A stretch of 64,000 nt of DNA from Eledone cirrhosa. Its lineage: Eukaryota. Position numbers and translations under genes: made by a program. The notes below the pieces were generated by a model. The model was not told the origin of the DNA, searched no databases, and saw nothing but the letters and a program-made list of their open reading frames with translations. Location: the NCBI GenBank assembly GCA_964016885.1, contig OZ024745.1, positions 90,954,001 through 91,018,000 on the forward strand. Reading direction: 5' to 3'. Below are positions 43,991 to 56,600 of this stretch, in pieces (positions within the stretch are counted from its first letter, which is position 1; each line of letters starts with the position of its first letter).

Positions 43991-46900
43991 AACAACATTG
44001 CAAGCCCACTAAGAGTGTTTTAAACAACAGTGCAATCCCACTAAAAGTCGTTTAAACAACATTGAAAGAGTTTTAAACAACATTGCAAGCCCACTAAAAG
44101 TGTTTTAAACAACATTGCAAGCCCACTAAAAGTGTTTTAAACAACATTGCAAGCCCACTAAAAGTGTTTTAAACAACATTGCAAGCCCACTAAAAGTGTA
44201 TCAAACAATATATCAAGCCCACTGAAAGTGTTTTAAACGACATTGCAAGCCCACAAAAAGTGTGTTAAAGAACATTGCAAGCCCACTAAAAGTGTTTTAA
44301 ACAACATTGCAAGCCCACTAAAAGTGTTTTAAACAACATTGCATGCCCACAAAAAGTGTTTTAAAGAACATTGCAAGCCCACTAAAAGTCTTTTAAACAA
44401 CATTGCATTGCAAGCCCTCTGAAAGAGTTTTAAACAACATGGCAAGCCGACTGAAAGAGTTTTAAACAACATTGCAAGCCCACTAAAGGTTTTTTAAACA
44501 GCATTGCATTGCAAGCAAACTGAAAGAGTTTTTAACAACATTGGAAGCCCACTAAGAGTGTTTTAAACAGCAGTGCAATCCCACTAAAAGTCGTTTAAAC
44601 AACATTGCAAGCGCACTGAAAGAGTTTTAAACAACATTGCAAGCCCACTAAAAGTGTTTTAAACAACATTGCAAGCCCACTAAAACTGTTTTAACGAACA
44701 TTGCAAGACCACTAAAAGTGTTTTAAACAACATTGCAAGCCCACTAAAAGTGTTTGAAAAAACATTGCATGCCCACAAAAAGTGTTTTAAAGAACATTGC
44801 AAGCCCACTAAAGGTGTTTTAAACAACATTGCAAGCCCACTGAAAGTGTTTTAAACAACATTGCATGCCCGCAAAAAGTGTTTTAAAGAACATTGCAAGC
44901 CCACTAAAAGTGTTTTAAACAACATTGCAAGCCCACTAAAAGTGTTTTAAACAACATTGCATGCCCAGAAAAAGTGTTTTAAAGAACATTGCAAGCCCAC
45001 TAAAAGTGTTTTAAACAACATTGCAAGCCCACTAAAAGTGTTTTAAACAACATTGCATTACAAGCCCACTGAAAGAGTTTTAAAGAATATACCAAGCCCA
45101 CTGGAAGTGTTTTAAACAACATTGTAAGCCCACTAAAAGTGTTTTAGACAACATTGCAAGCCCTCTAAAAGTGTTTTAAGCAACATTGTAAGCCAACTGA
45201 AAGTGTTTTAAACAATATTGCACGCCCACTGAAAGAGTTTTAAAGAACATTGCAAGCCCACTAAAAGTGTTTTAAACAACATTGCAAGCCCACTAAAAGT
45301 GTTTTAAACAACATTGAAAGCCCACTGAAACTGTTTGAAACAACATTGCACGCCCACTAAAAGTGTTTTAAACACTAATGCAAGCCCACTGAAAGGGTTT
45401 TAAACAACATTGCAAGTCCAGTGAAAGAGTTTTAAAGAACATTGCAAGCCCACTGAAAGAGTTTTAAACAACATTGCAAGCCCAATGAAATAGTTCTAAA
45501 AAAAATTGCAAGCCCACTGAAAGAGTTTTAAACAACATTGTAAGCCCACAAAAAGTGTTTTAAACATTGCAAGACCACTGAAAGAGTTTTGAACAACATT
45601 GTAAGCCCAGAAAAGGTGTTTTAAACAACATTGCAAGCCCACTGAAAGTGTTTTAAACATCATTGCAAGGCCACTAAAAGTGTTTTAAACAACATTGCAT
45701 TGCAAGCCCACTGAAGGAGTTTTAAACAACATTGCAAGCCCACTGAAAGAGTTTTAAACAACATTGCAAGCCCAATGAAATAGTTCTAAAAAAAATTGCA
45801 AGCCCACTGAAAGAGTTTTAAACAACATTGTAAGCCCACAAAAAGTGTTTTAAACATTGCAAGACCACTGAAAGAGTTTTGAACAACATTGTAAGCCCAG
45901 AAAAGGTGTTTTAAACAACATTGCAAGCCCACTAAAAGTGTTTTAAACAATATACCAAGCCCACTAAAAGTGTTTTAAACAACATTGCAAGCCCACTAAA
46001 AGTGTTTTAAACAACATTGCAAGCCCACTAAAAGTGTTTTAAACAACATTGCAAGCCCACTAAAAGTGTTTTAAACAACATTGCAAGCCCACTGAAAGTG
46101 TTTTAAACAACATTGCAAGCCCACTGAAAGTGTTTTAAACAACATTGCAAGCCCACTAAGAGTGTTTTAAACAACAGTGCAATCCCACTAAAAGTCGTTT
46201 AAACAACATTGAAAGAGTTTTAAACAACATTGCAAGCCCACTAAAAGTGTTTTAAACAACATTGCAAGCCCACTAAAAGTGTTTTAAACAACATTGCAAG
46301 CCCACTAAAAGTGTTTTAAACAACATTGCAAGCCCACTAAAAGTGTATCAAACAATATATCAAGCCCACTGAAAGTGTTTTAAACGACATTGCAAGCCCA
46401 CAAAAAGTGTGTTAAAGAACATTGCAAGCCCACTAAAAGTGTTTTAAACAACATTGCAAGCCCACTAAAAGTGTTTTAAACAACATTGCATGCCCACAAA
46501 AAGTGTTTTAAAGAACATTGCAAGCCCACTAAAAGTCTTTTAAACAACATTGCATTGCAAGCCCTCTGAAAGAGTTTTAAACAACATGGCAAGCCGACTG
46601 AAAGAGTTTTAAACAACATTGCAAGCCCACTAAAGGTTTTTTAAACAGCATTGCATTGCAAGCAAACTGAAAGAGTTTTTAACAACATTGGAAGCCCACT
46701 AAGAGTGTTTTAAACAGCAGTGCAATCCCACTAAAAGTCGTTTAAACAACATTGCAAGCGCACTGAAAGAGTTTTAAACAACATTGCAAGCCCACTAAAA
46801 GTGTTTTAAACAACATTGCAAGCCCACTAAAACTGTTTTAACGAACATTGCAAGACCACTAAAAGTGTTTTAAACAACATTGCAAGCCCACTAAAAGTGT

Positions 46901-47180
46901 TTGAAAAAACATTGCATGCCCACAAAAAGTGTTTTAAAGAACATTGCAAGCCCACTAAAGGTGTTTTAAACAACATTGCAAGCCCACTGAAAGTGTTTTA
47001 AACAACATTGCATGCCCGCAAAAAGTGTTTTAAAGAACATTGCAAGCCCACTAAAAGTGTTTTAAACAACATTGCAAGCCCACTAAAAGTGTTTTAAACA
47101 ACATTGCATGCCCACAAAAAGTGTTTTAAAGAACATTGCAAGCCCACTAAAAGTGTTTTAAACAACATTGCAAGCCCACT
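42830..47180 (+). repeat. 2147-bp near-perfect tandem duplication
   Basis: AAACTGTTTG occurs at 43181/45328, TAGTTCT(A)8 at 43634/45781, and GTCGTTT at 44047/46194, all with offset 2147. Confidence 0.92.
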
Positions 47181-47479
47181 GAGAGAGTTTTAAACAACAT
47201 TGCAAACACACTGAAAGAGTTTTAAACAACATTGCAAGCCCAATGAAAGAGCTTTAAACAACATTGCAAGCCCACTAAAAGTGTTTTAAACAACACTCCA
47301 AGCCCACTGAAAGTGTTATAAACAACATTGCAAGCCCACTGAAAGTGTTTTAAACAACATTGCAAGCCCATTAAAAGTGTTTTAAACAACATTGGAAGCC
47401 CACTAAAGGTGTTTTAAACAACATTGCAAGCCCACTGAAAGTGTTTTAAACAACATTTCAAGCACACTGAAAGTGTTTT

Positions 47480-50400
47480 AAATAACATTGCAAGCCCACT
47501 AAAAGTCTTTTAAACAACATTGCATTGCAAGCCCTCTGAAAGAGTTTTAAACAACCTTGTAAGCCCACTGAAAGAGTTCTAAACAACATGGCAAGCCGAC
47601 TGAAAGAGTTTTAAACAACATTGCAAGCCCACTAAAGGTTTTTTAAACAGCATTGCATTGCAAGCAAACTGAAAGAGTTTTTAACAACATTGGAAGCCCA
47701 CTAAGAGTGTTTTAAACAGGAGTGCAATCCCACTAAAAGTCGTTTAAACAACATTGCAAGCCCACTGAAAGAGTTTTAAACAACATTGCATGCCCACTGA
47801 AAGAGTTTTAAACGACGTTCCAAGCCCACTAAAACTGTTTTAAACAACATTGCAAGCCCACTAAAAGTGTTTTAAACAGCAATGCATTGCAAGCAAACTG
47901 AAAGAGTTTTAAACAGCATTGGAAGCCCACTAAAAGTGTTTTAAACAACAGTGCAAGCCCACTGAAAGTGTTTTAAACAACATTGCAAGCCCGCTGAAAG
48001 AGTTTTAAACAACATTGCAAGCCCACTGAAAGAGTTTTAAAGAACATTGCAAGCCCACTGAAAGAGTTTTAAAGAACATTGCAAGCCCACTGAGAGAGTT
48101 TTAAACAACATTGCAAACACACTGAAAGAATTTTAAACAACATTTCAAGCCCACTGAAAGAGCTTTAAACAACATTGTAAGCACACTAAAAGTGTTTTAA
48201 TCAACATTGTAAGCCCACTGAAAGAGTTTTAAAGAACATTCCAAGCCCACTGAAAGTGTTATAAACAATATTGCAAGCCGACTGAAAGTGTTTTAAACAA
48301 CATTACAAACCCACTGAAAGAGTTTTAAACAACATTGTAAGCCCACTGAAAGAGTTTTAAAGAACACACCAAGCCCACTGGAAGTGTTATAAAAAACGTT
48401 GCAAGCCCACTGAAAGTGTTTCAAACATCATTGCAAGCCCACTAAAAGTGTTTTAAACAACATTGCATTGCAAGCCCACTGAAAGAGTTTTAAACAACAT
48501 TGCAAGCCCACTGAAATAGTTCTAGAAAACATTGCACGCCCACTGAAAGAGTTTTAAACAACATTGCAAGCCCACTGAAAGAGTTTTAAACAACATTGCA
48601 AGCCCACTGAAAGAGTTTTAAACAACATTGCAAGCCCACTGTAATAGTTCTAGAAAACATTGCACGCCCACTGAAAGAGTTTTAAACAACATTGCAAGCC
48701 CACTGAAAGAGTTTTAAACAACATTGCAAGCCCACTGAAAGAGTTTTAAACAACATTGCAAGCACAATGAAAGAGTTTTAAACAACATTGCAAGCGCACT
48801 AAAAGTGTTTTAAACAACATTGTACGCCCACAAAAAGTGTTTTAAACAACATTGCATGCCCACTGAAAGAGTTTTGAACAACATTGTAAGCCCACTAAAA
48901 GTGTTTTAAACAACATTGCATTGCAAGCCCACTGAAAGAGTTTTAAACAACATACCAAGCCCACTAAAAGTGTTTTAAACAACATTGCAAGCCCACTAAA
49001 AGTGTTTTAAACAACATTGCAAGCCCACTAAAATTGTTTTAAACAACATTGCAAGCCCACTAAAAGTGTTTTAAATAACATTGCAAGCCCAATGAAAGTG
49101 TTTTAAACAACATTGCAAGCCCACTAAAAGTGTATCAAACAATATTGCAAGCCCACTGAAAGTGTTTTAAACAACATTGCAAGCCCACTAAAAGTGTTTT
49201 AAACAACATTGCAAGCCCACTGAAAGTGTTTTAAACAACATTGCAAGCTCACGAAAAGTGTTTTAAACAACATTTCAAGCCCACAAAAAGTGTTTTAAAC
49301 AACATTGCAAGCCCACTAAAAGTGTTTTAAACAACATTGCAAGCCCACTAAAAGTGTTTTAAAGAACATTGCAAGCCCACTAAAAGTGTTTTAAACAACA
49401 TTGCAAGCCCACTAAAAGTGTTTTAAACAACATTGCAAGCCCACTAAAAGTGTTTTAAATAACATTGCAAGCCCACTGAAAGTGTTTTAAAAAACATTGC
49501 AAGCCCACTAAAAGTGTTTTAAACAACATTGCAAGCTCACTGAAAGTGTTTTAAACAACATCGCAAGCCCACTAAAGTGTTTTAAACAACATTGCAAGCC
49601 CACTAAAAGTGTTTTAAACAACATTGCAAGCCCACTAAAAGTGTTTTAAACAACATTGCAAGCCCACTAAAAGGGTTTTAAACAACATTGCAAGCCCACT
49701 AAAAGTGTGTTAAACAATATTGCAAGCCCACTAAAAGTGTTTTAAACAACATTGCATGCCCACTAAAAGTGTTTTAAACAACATTGCAAGCACATTAAAA
49801 GTGTTTTAAACAACATTGCAAGCCCACTGAAAGAGTTTTAAACAACATTGAAAGCCCACTAAAAGTGCTTTGTACAACATTGCAAGCCCACTAAAAGTGT
49901 TTTAAACAACATTGCAAGCCCACTAAAAGTGTTTTAAACAACATTGCAAGCCCACTGTAGGAGTTTTAAAGAACATTGCAAGCCCACTAAAAGTGTCCTA
50001 AATAACATTGGAAGCCCACTGAAAGTGTTTTAAACAACATTGCAAGCCCAATGAAAGAGTTTTAAACAACATTGCAAGCCCACTGAAAGAGTTTTAAACA
50101 ACATTGCAAACCCACTAAAGATTTTTAAACAACATTGCAAGCCCACTGAATGAGTTCTAAACAACATGGCAAGCCCACTGAAAGAGTTTTTAAACAACAT
50201 TGCAAGCCCACTAAAAGTGTTTTAAACAACATTGCAAGCCCACTAAAAGTGTTTTAAACAACATTGCAAGCCCACTAAAAGTGTTTTAAACAACATTGCA
50301 AGCCCACTAAAAGTGTATCAAACAGTATTGCAAGCCCACTGAAAGTGTTTTAAACAACATTGCAAGCCCACAAAAAGTGTGTTAAAGAACATTGCAAGCC

Positions 50401-53400
50401 CACTAAAAGTGTTTTAAACAACATTGCAAGCCCACTAAAAGTGTTTTAAACAACATTGCAAGCCCACTAAAAGTGTTTTAAACAACATTGCAAGCCCACT
50501 AAAAGTGTTTTAAACAACATTGCAAGCCCACTAAAAGTGTATCAAACAGTATTGCAAGCCCACTAAAAGTGTTTTAAACAACATTGCAAGCCCACTAAAA
50601 GTGTTTTAAACAACATTGCATGCCCACAAAAAGTGTTTTAAAGAACATTGCAAGCCCACTAAAGGTGTTTTAAACAACATTGCAAGCCCACTGAAAGTGT
50701 TTCAAACAACATTGCATGCCCCAAAAAGTGTTTTAAAGAACATTGCAAGCCCACTAAAAGTGTTTTAAACAACATTGCATGCCCACGAAAAGTGTTTTAA
50801 AGAACATTGCAAGCCCACTAAAAGTGTTTTAAACAACATTGCAAGCCCACTAAAAGTGTTTTAAACAACATTGCATGCCCACAAAAAGTGTTTTAAAGAA
50901 CATTGCAAGCCCACTAAAAGTGTTTTAAACAACATTGCAAGCCCACTAAAAGTGTTTTAAACAACATTGCAAGCCCACTAAAAGTGTATCAAACAATATT
51001 GCAAGCCCACTAAAAGTGTTTCAAAGAATATTGCAAGCCCACTGAAAGTGTTTTAAACAACATTGCAAGCTCACTAAAAGTGTTTTAAACAACATTGCAA
51101 GCCCACAAAAAGTCTTTTAAAGAACATTGCAAGCCCACTAAAAGTGTTTTAAGCAACATTGCAAGCCCACTAAAAGTGTTTTAAACAACATTGCAAGCCC
51201 ACTAAAAGTGTTTTAAACAACATTGCAAGCCCACTGAAAGAGTATTAAACAACATTGCAAGCCCACTAAAAGTGTTTTAAACAACATAGCAAGCCCACTA
51301 AAAGTGTTTTAAAGAACATTGCAAGCCCACTAAAAGTGTTTTAAACAACATTGCAAGCCCACTGAAAGTGTTTTAAACAACATTGCAAGACCACTAAAAG
51401 TGTTTTAAACAACATTGCAAGCCCACTGAAAGTGTTTTAAACAACATTGCAAGCCCACTAAAAGTGTTTTAAACAACATTGCAAGCCCACTAAAAGTGTT
51501 TTAAATAACATTGGAAGCCCACTGAAAGTGTTTTAAACAAAATTGCAAGCCCACTGAAAGAGTTTTAAACAACATTGCAAGCCCACTGAAAGAGTTTTAA
51601 ACAACATTGCAAACCCACTAAAAGTGTCCTAAATAACATTGGAAGCCCACTGAAAGTGTTTTAAACAACATTGCATGCCCACTGAAAGAGTTTTAAACAA
51701 CATTGCAAGCCCACTGAAAGAGTTTTAAACAACATTGCAAGCCCACTGAAAGAGTTTTAAACAACATTGCAAGCCCACTGAAAGAGTTTTAAACAACATT
51801 GCAAACCCACTAAAGATTTTTAAACAAAATTGCAAGCCCACTGAAAGAGTTTTAAACAACATTGCAATCCCACTGAAAGAGTTTTAAAGAACATTGCAAG
51901 CCCACTAAAAGTGTCCTAAATAACATTGGAAGCCCACTGAAAGTGTTTTAAACAACATTGCAAGCCCACTGAAAGAGTTTTAAACTACATTGCAAGCCCA
52001 CTGAAAGAGTTTTAAACAACATTGCAAACCCACTAAAGATTTTTAAACAACATTGCAAGCCCACTGAATGAGTTCTAAACAACATGGCAAGCCCACTGAA
52101 AGAGTTTTAAACAAAATTGCAAGCCCACTGAAAGTGTGTTAAACAACATTGCAAGCCCACTAAAAGTGTTTTAAACAAAATTGCAAGCCCACTGAAAGTG
52201 TTTTAAACAACATTGCAAGCCCATTAAAAGTGTTTTAAACAACATTGCAAGCCCACTGAAAGTGTTTTAAACAACATTGCAAGCACAATGAAAGTGTTTT
52301 AAATAACATTGCAAGCCCACTGAAAGGGTTTTAATGAACATTGCAAGCCCAATGAGAGAGTTTTAAACAACATTGCAAGCCCACTAAAAGCCTTTTAAAC
52401 AACATTGCATTGCAAGCCCTCTGAAAGAGTTTTAAACAACCTTGTAAGCCCACTGAAAGTGTTCTAAACAACATGGCAAGCAAACTGAAAGAGTTTTTAA
52501 CAACATTGGAAGCCCACTAAGAGTGTTTTAAACAACAGTGCAATCCCACTAAAAGTCGTTTAAACAACATTGCAAGCCCACTGAAAGAGTTTTAAACAAC
52601 ATTGCATGCCCACTGAAAGAGTTTTGAACGACGTTCCAAGCCCACTAAAACTGTTTTAAACAACATTGCAAGCCCACTAAAAGTGTTTTAAACAGCAATG
52701 CATTGCAAGCAAACTGAAAGAGTTTTAAACAGCATTGGAAGCCCACTAAAAGTGTTTTAAACAAAAGTGCAAGCCCACTGAAAGTGTTTTAAACAACATT
52801 GCAAGCCCACTGAAAGAGTTTTAAAGAACATTCCAAGCCCACTGAAAGTGTTATAAACAATATTGCAAGCCGACTGAAAGTGTTTTAAACAACATTACAA
52901 ACCCACTGAAAGAGTTTTAAACAACATTGTAAGCCCACTGAAAGAGTTTTAAAGAACATACCAAGCCCACTGGAAGTGTTTTAAACAACATTGTAAGCCC
53001 ACTAAAAGTGTTTTAAACAACATTGCAAGCTCACTAAAAGTGTTTTAAACAATATTGCACGCCCACTGAAAGAGTTTTAAAGAACATTGCAAGCCCACTG
53101 AAAGTGTTATAAATAACATTGCAAGCGCACTGAAAGTGTTTTAATCAACCTTGTAAGCCCACTGAAAGTGCTATAAAAAACGTTGCAAGCCCACTGAAAG
53201 TGTTTCAAACATCATTGCAAGCCCACTAAAAGTGTTTTAAACAACATTGCATTGCAAGCCCACTGAAAGAGTTTTAAACAACATTGCAAGCCCACTGAAA
53301 TAGTTCTAGAAAACATTGCACGCCCACTGAAAGAGTTTTAAACAACATTGCAAGCCCACTGAAAGAGTTTTAAACAACATTGCAAGCCCACTGAAAGAGT

Positions 53401-53680
53401 TTTAAACAACATTGCAAGCACAATGAAAGAGTTTTAAACAACATTGCAAGCGCACTAAAAGTGTTTTAAACAACATTGTACGCCCACTAAAAGTGTTTTA
53501 AACAACATTCCAAGCCCACTAAAAGTGTTTTAAACAACATTGCAAGCCCACTAAAAGTGTTTTAAACAACATTGCAAGCCCACTAAAAGTGTTTTAAACA
53601 ACATTGCATTGCAAGCCCACTGAAAGAGTTTTAAACAACATACCAAGCCCACTAAAAGTGTTGTAAACAACATTGCAAGC
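47480..53680 (+). repeat. Diverged duplicated block, ~47.5-49.0 kb versus ~52.4-53.7 kb (offset ~4.8 kb)
   Basis: AACGACGTTCCAAG occurs at 47811/52627 and TAGTTCTAGAAAAC at ~48516/53301. GCAATGCATTGCAAGCAAAC and GCACAATGAAAG are shared in the same order. Confidence 0.8.
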
Positions 53681-56600
53681 CCACTAAAAGTGTTTTAAAC
53701 AACATTGCAAGCCCACTAAAAGTGTTTTAAACAACATTGCAAGCCCACTAAAAGTGTTTTAAACAACATTGCAAGCCCACTAAAAGTGTTTTAAACAATA
53801 TTGCAAGCCCACTGAAAGTGTTTTAAACAACATTGCAAGCTCACGAAAAGTGTTTTAAACAACATTTCAAGCCCACAAAAAGTGTTTTAAAGAACATTGC
53901 AAGCCCACTAAAAGTGTTTTAAACAACATTGCAAGCCCACTGAAAGAGTTTTAAACAACATTGCAAGCCCACTAAAAGTGCTTTGTACAACATTGCAAGC
54001 CCACTGAAAGTGTTTTAAACAACATTGCAAGCCCACTAAAAGTGTTTTAAACAACATTGCAAGCCCACTGTAGGAGTTTTAAAGAACATTGCAAGCCCAG
54101 TAAAAGTGTCCTAAATAACATTGGAAGCCCACTGAAAGTGTTTTAAACAACATTGCAAGCCCACTGAAAGAGTTTTAAACAACATTGCAAACCCACTAAA
54201 GATTTTTAAACAACATTGCAAGCCCACTGAATGAGTTCTAAACAACATGACAAGCCCACTGAAAGAGTTTTAAACAACATTGCAAGCCCACTAAAAGTGT
54301 TTTAAACAACATTGCAAGCCCACTAAAAGTGTTTTAAACAACATTGCAAGCCCACTGAAAGTGTTTTAAACAACATTGCAAGCCCACTGAAAGAGTTTTA
54401 AACAACATTGCAAGCCCACTGAATGAGTTCTAAACAACATGACAAGCCCACTGAAAGAGTTTTAAACAACATTGCAAGCCCACTAAAAGTGTTTTAAACA
54501 ACATTGCAAGCCCACTAAAAGTGTTTTAAACAACATTGCAAGCCCACTGAAAGTGTTTTAAACAACATTGCAAGCCCACTAAATGTGTTTTAAACAACAT
54601 TGCAAGCCCACTAAAAGTGTTTTAAACAACATTGCAAGCCCACTAAAAGTGTTTTAAACAACATTGCATGCCCACAAAAAGTGTTTTAAAGAACATTGCA
54701 AGCCCACTAAAAGTGTTTTAAACAACATTGCAAGCCCACTAAAAGTGTTTTAAACAACATTGCATGCCCACAAAAAGTGTTTTAAAGAACATTGCAAGCC
54801 CACTAAAAGTGTTTTAAACAACATTGCAAGCCCACTAAAAGTGTTTTAAACAACATTGCAAGCCCACTAAAAGTGTATCAAACAATATTGCAAGCCCACT
54901 AAAAGTGTTTCAAAGAATATTGCAAGCCCACTGAAAGTGTTTTAAACAACATTGCAAGCTCACTAAAAGTGTTTTAAACAACATTGCAAGCCCACAAAAA
55001 GTCTTTTAAAGAACATTGCAAGCCCACTAAAAGTGTTTTAAACAACATTGCAAGCCCACTAAAATGTTTTAAACAACATTGCAAGCCCACTGAAAGAGTA
55101 TTAAACAACATTGCAAGCCCACTAAAAGTGTTTTAAACAACATAACAAGCCCACTAAAAGTGTTTTAAAGAACATTGCAAGCCCACTAAAAGTGTTTTAA
55201 ACAACATTGCAAGCCCACTGAAAGTGTTTTAAAGAACATTGCAAGACCACTAAAAGTGTTTTAAACAACACTGCAAGCCCACTGAAAGTGTTTTAAACAA
55301 CATTGCAAGCCCACTAAAAGTGTTTTAAACAACATTGCAAGCCCACTAAAAGTGTTTTAAATAATATTGGAAGCCCACTGAAAGTGTTTTAAACAACATT
55401 GCAAGCCCACTGAAAGAGTTTTAAACAACATTGCAAGCCCACTGAAAGAGTTTTAAACAACATTGCAAACCCACTAAAAGTGTACTAAATAACATTGGAA
55501 GCCCACTGAAAGTGTTTTAAACAACATTGCAAGCCCACTGAAAGAGTTTTAAGCAACATTGCAAGCCCACTGAATGAGTTCTAAACAACATGGCAAGCCC
55601 ACTGAAAGAGTTTTAAACAACATTGCAATCCCACTGAAAGAGTTTTAAAGAACATTGCAAGCCCACTAAAAGTGTCCTAAATAACGTTGGAAGCCCACTG
55701 AAAGAGTTTTAAACAACGTTGGAAGCCCACTGAAAGAGTTTTAAACAACATTGCAAACCCACTAAAGATTTTTAAACAACATTGCAAGCCCACTGAATGA
55801 GTTCTAAACAACATGGCAAGCCCACTGAAAGAGTTTTAAACAACATTGCAAGCCCACTGAAAGTGTGTTAAACAACATTGCAAGCCCACTAAAAGTGTTT
55901 TAAACAACGTTGCAAGCCCACTAAAAGTGTTTTAAACAACATTGCAAGCCCACTAGAAGTGTATCAAACAATATTACAAGCCCACTGAAAGTGTTTTAAA
56001 CACAATTGCAAGCCCACTGAAAGTGTTTTAAACAACATTGCAAGCCCACAAAAAGTGTGTTAAAGAACATTGCAAGCCCACTAAAAGTGTTTTAAACAAC
56101 ATTGCAAGCCCACTAAAAATGTTTTAAACAACATTGCATGCCCACAAAAAGTGTTTTAAAGAACATTGCAAGCCCACTAAAAGTGTTTTAAACAACATTG
56201 CAAGCCCACTGAAAGAGTTTTAAACAACGTTGCAAACCCACTAAAGATTTTTAAACAACATTGCAAGCCCACTGAAAGAGTTTTAAACAACATTGCAATC
56301 CCACTGAAAGAGTTTTAAAGAACATTGCAAGCCCACTAAAAGTCTCCTAAATAACGTTGGAAGCCCACTGAAAGTGTTTTAAACAACATTGCAAGCCCAC
56401 TGAAAGAGTTTTAAACAACATTGCAAGCCCACTGAAAGAGTTTTAAACAACATTGCAAACCCACTAAAGATTTTTAAACAACATTGCAAGCCCACTGAAT
56501 GAGTTCTAAACAACATGGCAAGCCCACTGAAAGAGTTTTAAACAACATTGCAAGCCCACTGAAAGTGTGTTAAACAACATTGCAAGCCCACTAAAAGTGT

